A program made the position numbers and the translations under genes. The notes under the pieces were generated by a model, which saw nothing but the letters and a program-made list of their open reading frames with translations, searched no databases and was not told the origin of the DNA. Positions 25,521-32,651 of a stretch of 43,018 nt of DNA are shown here, one piece after another. The first letter of the stretch is position 1; each line of letters opens with the position of its first letter. This DNA is from Candidatus Uhrbacteria bacterium (GTDB lineage Bacteria > Patescibacteriota > Patescibacteriia > JACQRZ01): assembly GCA_016206145.1 (NCBI GenBank), contig JACQSA010000030.1, positions 1 to 43,018 of the forward strand, written 5' to 3'.

Positions 25521-26801
25521 TGAATACTGAATATGAAAAAGACCTTCACCGAAGAGCAGAAAGCAGCCATTGCCCTTGCCGCTCTTAAAGGGGGATAAAC
25601 AACCAGCCAGATTGCATCCGCCTACGAAGCACATCCAACCCAGATTGGCCTTTGGAAAAAAGCGGCCACGGAGGGTTTGAAAAGCGTATTCTCTGACAAG
25701 CGAAGAAGAGATCACAAAACACAGGAACAGCTCATTGCAGAATTGTACCAAACCATCGGCAAGCGAGATATGGAGCTTGCGTGGTTAAAAAAAAGATTGA
25801 GCCATTTATCTCCTCAGGATAGACGTACGCTCGTTGACCGATCCGACATATCGCTCCCCCTTACTCAACAGGCCTCTCTCCTCGCCATTCCCCGATCAAC
25901 ACTGTATTACACGCCCGTTGTTGACCAGAACGATATCAGGATCATAAATGCCATAGATGAGATTTACACGCACTATCCGTTCTATGGGGCACGCAGAATA
26001 TACTATGAGCTCTCCACGACACACGGTATTTCTGCCTGCCGAGATCATATCAGTCGTCTGATGCGTGTCATGGGCATAGAAGCGATCTATCCAAAGCCAC
26101 GAAAAGCATTATTTCTCTCGCAACCATCAAAAGAACACGTCATTTACCCATATCTCTTACATCATCTCATCATCACTCGCCCCAATCAGGTCTAGGGAAC
26201 CGACATCACATACGTGCGGCTCAAAGAGGGATTCTGTTATCTGGTCGCCCTCATGGACTGGTACAGCAGATATGTTATTGCATGGCACCTCTCGAATACG
26301 TTGCAGGAACAATTCTGTCTGGATAATCTCAACGATGCGCTCAGGGTCGCAATACCAACCATCCATAATTCTGACCAGGGCAGCCATTTCACAAGCCCCC
26401 AATACACCGATATTCTCAACACTCACAAGATTCAGATTAGCATGGATGGCAAGGGCAGGTGCATGGACAACATTTTCACCGAGCGCTTGTGGCGCACGGT
26501 GAAAATATGAGAACATATACCTGTACAGCTATGAGCACATCGACCATGCCCGTGAGGGACTTGCAGAATATTTTCCCTTCTACAATAGGCGAAGGCCACA
26601 TTCGGCACTGGGTATGAAACCGCCTGCCGAACTCTACCACGGCTCATACGAGCCAGCTCTTCTGAAAAACGACGCTCTGTACGCCTCTGTGAGCGTCGAA
26701 ATGGGATCGAGATGACCAAGAAATCATCTTAAAACGCAATGAGAAAAATCTCTCATTTGACATCTAAAAAACTCTAATTGCCTGTCGAGAAAAGCAGGCC
26801 A
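25519..26801 (+). mobile_element. Decayed IS3-family element (ends approximate; left inverted repeat not identified)
   Basis: orfA-like HTH (MKKTFTEEQKAAIALAALKGG*TTSQIASAYEAHPTQIGLWKK), an A8 run at the usual frameshift position, and a DDE core (DITYVRLKEGFCYLVALMDWYSRYV...NSDQGSHFTS...SMDGKGRCMDNIFTERLWRTVK). Confidence 0.75.
25533..26715 (+). pseudogene. IS3-family transposase carrying an in-frame TAA (25596-25598), an in-frame TAG replacing a conserved Trp (26193-26195) and a 1-nt insertion in an A-run (26502-26505)
   Basis: Reading through these lesions restores ..RPNQV[W]GTDITYV.. and ..RTVKYENIYLYSYEHIDHAREGLAEYFPFYNRRRPHSALG... Confidence 0.8.
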
Positions 26802-26815
26802 CTTTAGTAGTAGGT

Positions 26816-26848
26816 CTTTCTTCCGGCTCCTTTGTAGCCCAATTTCGG
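26816..26848. repeat. Short dispersed repeat CTTTCTTCCGGCTC... (partner at 36757-36788)
   Basis: 14 bp identical, then about 15/19 further matches. Confidence 0.5.
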
Positions 26849-26992
26849 TATTTTTTATCTAACGCGCGAAAATTAAAATTCGTGTTTAGATACCGGTTGT
26901 AGATAAAAAAACTCCGGGGAAAATCATTATACAATTTTACGACATAGAGAATCAGCCCGGCTTTAGGCCGGAGGGGTAACCACTCAACAAAA

Positions 26993-27412
26993 CTACACTT
27001 TACAATACTCTTTAATTTTTTCTAAAAATTTTTCTATATCTAACAAATGATGGTGGAGCACGTCGTAGACGACATCGTAATTAATGCGTTCATAACCATG
27101 AACGATAATATTGCGAAACCCTGTCATCTGAATAAGAGGCTGAATAGCCTCTAAAGAAAGTACTCCTTCCTCATGGAGAATGTAAAATGTATCACTCATT
27201 GTTGTTGGCTTACGAAATTTTTTGTACGCAATGACTGCCTCCGCACAATCAATTACCGATTGCACTGCAAGATATAAATATCGCTCCGTCGCTCCCCGAA
27301 TATCAACATCATTCTCAAGGTCAATTCTCGAGTGACGTTTATACCGATCGAGAATTGAAAGATATTTCTGAATCGTGCTTATTTTATTTTCGATGATCTG
27401 AAGTGAACTCAT
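26993..27412 (-). CDS. hepT: HepT-type (DUF86, HEPN) toxin RNase
   Basis: 139 aa. Rx4HxY motif RNIIVHGY. Immediately downstream of a minimal nucleotidyltransferase gene. Confidence 0.85.
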   Translation of the reverse strand: MSSLQIIENKISTIQKYLSILDRYKRHSRIDLENDVDIRGATERYLYLAVQSVIDCAEAVIAYKKFRKPTTMSDTFYILHEEGVLSLEAIQPLIQMTGFRNIIVHGYERINYDVVYDVLHHHLLDIEKFLEKIKEYCKV

Positions 27413-27415
27413 AGC

Positions 27416-27808
27416 TTATACATTGGTGAGATGATGTTGTTTGAGTAATGTATAAAAATCAAAGTATGTATTAAGAATGCGTGGCTCAATCAATATGCGA
27501 AATGGTTCTTGTTCATATAAAAGCTCGCCTGTTGTTATAATCGTGTAAGCGAGCTCTGGTTGCTGGACGGTATTGAGAAGTACGACATCAACATCATCTG
27601 TGTTAAGGCAGCGTGTAATCTCTGGAATAATCGTAACATACAAATGGTTCAATTTCGTTGAATCGCTCTCATTAATATACAGCGCAATATCGTAATCGCT
27701 CAAAGGACCCTCTTCTCCGCGTACACGGGAACCAAAAAAATACGCAAGTTTTACTTCCGGATACCTCTGGAAAAGAGAGAGGAGTTGATTTCGCATATAT
27801 TGATCCAT
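27416..27808 (-). CDS. mntA: MntA-type minimal nucleotidyltransferase antitoxin
   Basis: 130 aa. GSRVRGEEGPLSDYDIALY (GSx-G...DxD NTase motif). 3-nt gap to hepT. Confidence 0.85.
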   Translation of the reverse strand: MDQYMRNQLLSLFQRYPEVKLAYFFGSRVRGEEGPLSDYDIALYINESDSTKLNHLYVTIIPEITRCLNTDDVDVVLLNTVQQPELAYTIITTGELLYEQEPFRILIEPRILNTYFDFYTLLKQHHLTNV

Positions 27809-28061
27809 ATTCGCATAGTATATTACAAACGAGTGCAGCTGTACAGCAATAAATCTGTAAAACGCTATTCGTATAAATCAATCAGATAAGGCGCGACGTA
27901 TTCTCTAAAGGCTTTCTTCCATTCCGCACTCATGATCTTGTATCCTCCTATGATCTACCTGCACTTAGGGCTCCTGCATTGACAGACAGTATTCCCCAAA
28001 GCAATCGAAGCGTATTCCGTCATACTATAATCCCAACAAATCTCTTCATCGGGATAGATGT

Positions 28062-28380
28062 TGAACCGCACCCCATATACTAGACAGTGTGTCTCTTTCG
28101 GAGGCGCACTGTCTACTGTATGGGAAAATACATATCTAAAGCAGCCAAAGACGAAGTCTTGGCAGCCGTAAAAGCCGGCATGAAGGTTTCAGACGCTGCA
28201 ATACAGCACAAGGTCGGCATCAAAGCCATCTACCGATGGCTCCGCGAAACAGCTGATGGTTCGGGCACGAGCATATTGGAAATGAACAAGCTCCGGCGTA
28301 AAAACGCCGAGCTCAAAGAGATTATCGGTCTCCTCACGCTTGAACGCGAGAGATCAAAAAAAAATCAGCTTCGCGCGTGA
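28062..28380 (+). mobile_element. IS3-like left end with an orfA-type HTH gene (CDS 28120-28380); the rest of the element is missing
   Basis: Starts TGAACCGCACCCC (an IS3-family-like terminus). Product: MGKYISKAAKDEVLAAVKAGMKVSDAAIQHKVGIKAIYRWLRE...LRRKNAELKEIIGLL (HTH plus leucine zipper). No orfB follows. Confidence 0.55.
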
Positions 28381-28423
28381 GCATATGAAAGGCCGCTCAA
28401 AGGACCTGTCAATACTCTGAAAT

Positions 28424-28938
28424 TATCTCCTGAATACGTACTTTTTGACTCGTTCTACGGTGCGGGAGACGTGCTCAAAATACTTGATCGATATGGATGG
28501 AAGTATGTCACGCAGTGCAAGAAAAATCGGAAACTCGACGGAGTGCAATTGCAACGATGCAGACGCAATCCCTACTGGATTTCCAAAGGAGCGCTGACCA
28601 ACGGCTGCGAGGTAACGATTGCCAAACACGGCAAGAATTATTTCGCGACCAACGACCACTCTCTGGACAGTGCGGGAATCAGAGCGCTGTACAAGAAGCG
28701 ATGGCCGATCGAGGAAGTGTTCCGGTTTCTCCACTCAAAGCTCGGCATGGATGATTGCCATGCACGATCGGAGAGAGCGCAATCCAATCACATCACCCTC
28801 TGCATGATTGCCCATATCCTCATCGAACGGGAACGGATCGATCGAAAGTGCAACAGGTACCATGTGAAGCGAATACTCAGTTTAAAACGGGAACGATTCA
28901 ATTTCGTTGCTATGAAAACGATTTCTCAATCTGCGTAA
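28424..28938 (+). pseudogene. C-terminal half of an IS4/IS701-superfamily DDE transposase (N-terminal half absent)
   Basis: The reading frame is open from about 28424 (PEYVLFDSFYGAGDVLK). YKKRWPIEEVFRFLHSKLG matches the Y-x2-R-x3-E-x6-K signature. Confidence 0.65.
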
Positions 28939-29139
28939 GTCCTGAAATAAGAAAGAATAACTCTCCTCGCAGTCGTTTCTCCAGTTCGGTGGAGTGATTG
29001 GTTTGTTCAGGAATTTTTCTGGAAATGGGTTCGCACTTTGTTTTAAATGTACTCCACAATCAAACTTTTCTCTTTTTCAAAAACCATTCCTCATAAAAAA
29101 ATTTCAAAGCATCATTTACGCTAATTCATAACAGGGGTG

Positions 29140-29164
29140 ACACTTTAATTTCCCGTTGACATTC
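29140..29164 (+). repeat. 25-nt repeat ACACTTTAATTTCCCGTTGACATTC (inverted partner at 39641-39665)
   Basis: 21 nt identical, 24/25 overall, compared by hand. Confidence 0.8.
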
Positions 29165-29301
29165 ATATCACATCCATTGACAGCTTTATCCTAGTGCCCT
29201 AGGATTATGAGACCCTTCACCAAAAGGGTTTTTTCATTATAAATAAAGGTTTTACAGCTTCTGCTTCCATGCTTGTGGCGCTGAAATACTGATAAAATCT
29301 C

Positions 29302-29979
29302 GTGAAAAGCCTCACAATCATTTTACTAGGAGCATTCTTTGCCATCTCCCAGCCAATAATCTTGGAAGCATCAGAATCAACCGAATTTACTGATATTTCT
29401 CATGCGCTCGATATTCGATTAGAAACCGGCGAAATTTTTACTATCCCGATATTTCTCCCGGGAATTATTCAAGACAACGATGAATCAATAGAGAATTTTC
29501 AAGAACAGGAAGAAAAAAACTTGCCAGAAAAAGATACGCCTTTAGGGCAAATGAAAAAAGAAGCAGGAATAGCAAACAAAAAAATTGTTATTGATTCAAA
29601 AGAAAAAATAAAGAAAGGGAAGACACCACAAAAGACTATTGCCGCCTCTTCGGCTTCAAAAGAGAGGGTGGTGATAGTAACTGCATATTCGAGCACCGCA
29701 GATCAGACAGACTCATCTCCATGCATTACTGCAAACGGTTTTAACGTGTGTGAGCATAATAGAGAGAACATAATTGCAGCGAATTTTTTACCATTTGGCA
29801 CACGCGTTCGTTTGCCTACTATCTATGGCGAGAAAGTATTCACTGTGCAAGATCGTATGCACCCTCGTCATGCGTCGCGCGTTGATATTTGGATGAAAAC
29901 ACGTACCAAAGCGAAACAGTTTGGCGTGAAGCGTTCTACTGTCGAAATCGTCCCGGAGCAGGTTGCATTGCAACAATAG
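29302..29979 (+). CDS. Secreted 3D-domain (RlpA/MltA-like barrel) cell-wall protein
   Basis: 225 aa with a GTG start and signal peptide. The C-terminal VTAYSSTADQTDSSPCITANG...VQDRMHPRHASRVDIWM pattern is typical of 3D-domain proteins. Confidence 0.8.
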   Translation: MKSLTIILLGAFFAISQPIILEASESTEFTDISHALDIRLETGEIFTIPIFLPGIIQDNDESIENFQEQEEKNLPEKDTPLGQMKKEAGIANKKIVIDSKEKIKKGKTPQKTIAASSASKERVVIVTAYSSTADQTDSSPCITANGFNVCEHNRENIIAANFLPFGTRVRLPTIYGEKVFTVQDRMHPRHASRVDIWMKTRTKAKQFGVKRSTVEIVPEQVALQQ

Positions 29980-30042
29980 CTTCCCGTATCCCACCTTCTT
30001 TTTTTTGGAAAGCATGATAGGATAAGGAGGTGTTTTTATTTC

Positions 30043-30119
30043 GGCCACGTGGCGAAGTTGGTTAACGCGGCGGTCTGCAAAACCGTCATGCGCCGGTTCG
30101 ATCCCGGCCGTGGCCTCCA
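30043..30119 (+). tRNA. tRNA-Cys (anticodon GCA), CCA encoded
   Basis: Acceptor GGCCACG/CGTGGCC, anticodon arm GCGGT-CTGCAAA-ACCGT, T arm GCCGG-TTCGATC-CCGGC, discriminator U. Confidence 0.9.
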
Positions 30120-30132
30120 ACTCCTCATATCA

Positions 30133-31974
30133 ATGAAAACCATTCTAAAAAGCATTGTTGGCTTTTCAATCGCGTATATCGTGAGCCTCCTTTTTTGCGC
30201 ATTCCTTCTCCCGCCTCTATTTGCATTGATTGAGCGCGTTACAGGAGCCCCTCTTCCGTATGAAAGCGCGCTTCGGCTGGTGATTTTTTCGACATGGTGT
30301 TTTCTTATGTTTTTTTCTCTGCCATGGCTCACCACACATGGTGATAGGCGCCATTGGCTTTTATTCACTATTCTTTTGCTTGCATTACCACCCGCGGTAG
30401 TTGTTTTTTTCTTCGATCAAAATCATCGTCTTTTTGAAGAATATTCATGGATCCGATATATTACTGCAGCAGCTCTTTTTGCCACTGCATTGCAATCGTA
30501 CATTCTTGGGATTCTTTATATGAAGGAAGGAAAAGGGCGGCGAACGCTTGGGATTGTATGGGGTGTTATTGCAAGCGCATTTGTGTATGCAGGGCTTGAT
30601 GAATTGCTTATGATCCATGAAACAATCGGCAGATTTCTACGTGCAAAGATTCATGGAGGACCGCTTGCGGGCGATTTGATCACCATTGTGTATGCGATTG
30701 GAGCTATTGTATTCCTTATCTTTTTTTTCAAAACATTTTTTCGCGCATACCGCAATCGTTCAACCCTTTTTCTTTCCATTTTCTTTCTCGGCGCATTCAC
30801 ATTTTTTGTGTCGCAGATTTTTGACACGGTTGATGTCGTGATTGGGGGGAAACTGCATTCTTTTACGAAATTGTTGAGTAGTAACAATTCTTTTTTCTTT
30901 CAAGATCCGTGGAGCATTTTTTGGGTGCCACATGATTTTTTCAATGGATTTGAGGAAGTCCTTGAATACGTGGCGGCAGTGATATTTTTTACTGCCGCTC
31001 TTCTCGCATTTCTCGAAAAACAGTCTTTCGCATTTACATTGGAGAAAACCCGTACGCATTCACCACTCAGGTCATCTTTGGCGCGTATTGCAATCAGCGT
31101 GTTAGTCATTTCTGCATTTTTTTCTTTCACGAACGGCGTTACTCGCTACCTCGACTCTTCACCTCTTACCGATACAACCATAGCCGTTGCCCGTATTGCC
31201 GGACCCAAGGAATCACTTCGGCACACTGACGATCTTTTTTATCATCCTTCATGGGGCGTGGTGGTGGGCAATGAAGGTGGCGGCACAGTTCTTCGCGTGG
31301 ATGAGTCAATGCATACAAGCGTAGTCCCAGATCCTACAGGCATTGTGCACGACACTGACAGCATCACTGCTTCGCCAGACGCTCTCTATGCCGCTGATGG
31401 CGCAGAGGGGATCATGTTTTCCTATACTAAAGAGAACGGTTGGCAAAAAGAGTGGACGCGAAAAGACGGATTGAAGCATCCAGAAGGGTTTGTAATCAAT
31501 AAAGGAATTCTGTATATCCTTGATGAATCTGACAAGAAAGGCTCCATTACAAAGCTTGAGAAAGGGCGTAAGGCAGAGGTATGGCAGCCCTCGCACCCTC
31601 TTTGGAAGACACCGGAAGGAATTGATTACGACAAAACCACCAATACGCTTATTGTCACAGACGATTCAACAGGCGCAGTATTTCGAATAAAATTTGGGGA
31701 ATCCATTGGGCTTATTACAAAATTGGAAAATCCGGAAGATATTGCCATACTTTCTGATGGCCGTATTCTTGTGACTGATAATGGATGGGGTGCAATTTTT
31801 ATGATTGATACTGACGGTTCATCGAAAAAATTGGCACAATTCAAGCGCGCATATCGCGATCTTCAAGGCATCACTGTCGATTCACAAAACCGTATCTATG
31901 TCGTGACTGCTGACGGTTTTGATAGCGTGAGTTTTATGCCGAGCTTTTTATTTCGCATTGATGGGCTATTATGA
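30133..31974 (+). CDS. Polytopic membrane domain fused to a C-terminal NHL/SMP-30-like beta-propeller
   Basis: The track ORF starts inside tRNA-Cys; ATG at 30133 (MKTILKSIVGF) is taken as the start. About 9-10 TM segments, then repeated blades (LYILDES, LIVTDDSTGAVFRI, ILVTDNGWGAIFMID, IYVVTADG). Confidence 0.7.
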   Translation: MKTILKSIVGFSIAYIVSLLFCAFLLPPLFALIERVTGAPLPYESALRLVIFSTWCFLMFFSLPWLTTHGDRRHWLLFTILLLALPPAVVVFFFDQNHRLFEEYSWIRYITAAALFATALQSYILGILYMKEGKGRRTLGIVWGVIASAFVYAGLDELLMIHETIGRFLRAKIHGGPLAGDLITIVYAIGAIVFLIFFFKTFFRAYRNRSTLFLSIFFLGAFTFFVSQIFDTVDVVIGGKLHSFTKLLSSNNSFFFQDPWSIFWVPHDFFNGFEEVLEYVAAVIFFTAALLAFLEKQSFAFTLEKTRTHSPLRSSLARIAISVLVISAFFSFTNGVTRYLDSSPLTDTTIAVARIAGPKESLRHTDDLFYHPSWGVVVGNEGGGTVLRVDESMHTSVVPDPTGIVHDTDSITASPDALYAADGAEGIMFSYTKENGWQKEWTRKDGLKHPEGFVINKGILYILDESDKKGSITKLEKGRKAEVWQPSHPLWKTPEGIDYDKTTNTLIVTDDSTGAVFRIKFGESIGLITKLENPEDIAILSDGRILVTDNGWGAIFMIDTDGSSKKLAQFKRAYRDLQGITVDSQNRIYVVTADGFDSVSFMPSFLFRIDGLL

Positions 31975-32651
31975 AAGATTTTTTTGAACAAAAGACACGT
32001 CGTGTTCTTTTTACCCTTCTTTTTTTGGATACGTTATTTGTTGTGTTGCATCTTCTCTTCGGCAGGCATCTCGATCTTTTGAATCTCGACCGTGAGAGAA
32101 ATTTTCCTACGTATTATAGCGGGTTAAAACTTATTCTAAACGGGTGGCTTGCGTTCACTTTGGTTTTTTTGCGCGGAAGAAGTGAAAAAGCAGTATGGAT
32201 CGGTTTTGCTGCCTTATTCACATATCTTTCATTTGATGAAATCTCAGAATTGCATGAAAACATTGCGTATTATTCTATGAAGGTCCTCCACTTTCTTCCC
32301 CTTGCGGGTCTGTTTCGTGCCCCTACTCATGCATGGCTCTTTTTATTTAGTCCTTTTATCTTTGGAGCAGGAATATTTTTTTTTGCAAGCATCAAGCGTC
32401 TCGAAGTATTATCAAAAGCAAAGAAATATCTTTATTTTGGATTTGCGTTCTTTATCATGGCACTATGTTTAGAATTCATTGGGGGCATCATTACTGTCCG
32501 CGCATATTTTAAACTCGCCGCTGTGTTCGAAGAGTATTCTGAAATGATCGGCGCTACATTCATGGTAGCGTCACTATTTTTAGTTACTGGCTCTTCTTTT
32601 TTTGGCAGCTATCACCGCATCGATCAATGCAAAAGTCTCCCCAAAAATTAA
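31971..32651 (+). CDS. Polytopic membrane protein, paralogous to the membrane domain of the preceding gene
   Basis: 226 aa. AVWIGFAALFTYLSFDEISELHENIA aligns with LGIVWGVIASAFVYAGLDELLMIHETIG. 4-nt overlap with the upstream gene. Confidence 0.7.
   Translation: MKDFFEQKTRRVLFTLLFLDTLFVVLHLLFGRHLDLLNLDRERNFPTYYSGLKLILNGWLAFTLVFLRGRSEKAVWIGFAALFTYLSFDEISELHENIAYYSMKVLHFLPLAGLFRAPTHAWLFLFSPFIFGAGIFFFASIKRLEVLSKAKKYLYFGFAFFIMALCLEFIGGIITVRAYFKLAAVFEEYSEMIGATFMVASLFLVTGSSFFGSYHRIDQCKSLPKN

Noticed and set aside
25521-25751. N-terminal half of the 154-aa minus-strand ORF 25287-25751.
   Set aside because: Only the C-terminal ~77 residues look like DnaJ. The rest is the antisense of IS3 orfA, so the ORF is a chimera created by the insertion.
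25596-26195. In-frame TAA and TAG in the IS3 transposase as a hint of stop-codon reassignment.
   Set aside because: All housekeeping genes in the window terminate normally and read uninterrupted in the standard code. The same element also carries a frameshift, so ordinary pseudogenisation is the simpler explanation.
26801-26850. A possible third dnaJ-like fragment (AGTAGTAGGTCTTTCTTCC resembles AGTAGTAGATCCCCTCTTCC at 25368-25388, encoding GRGDLLLK).
   Set aside because: It needs a frameshift to read as DnaJ. The same CTTTCTTCCGGCTC string recurs at 36757 in a context unrelated to dnaJ, so it is treated as a separate short repeat.
27865-27933. 22-codon minus-strand ORF MSAEWKKAFREYVAPYLIDLYE, preceded by a perfect AGGAGGA 9 nt upstream and lying upstream of mntA.
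   Set aside because: Too short to assess and it has no recognisable motif. Other genes here lack Shine-Dalgarno sequences, so the match may be fortuitous or a relic of foreign DNA. Kept only as a note.
30049-30132. N-terminal extension of the 641-aa ORF (MAKLVNAAVCKTVMRRFDPGRG...), together with minus-strand ORFs 29788-30120 and 30036-30368.
   Set aside because: These are translations of tRNA-Cys or its complement. The gene most plausibly starts at ATG 30133.
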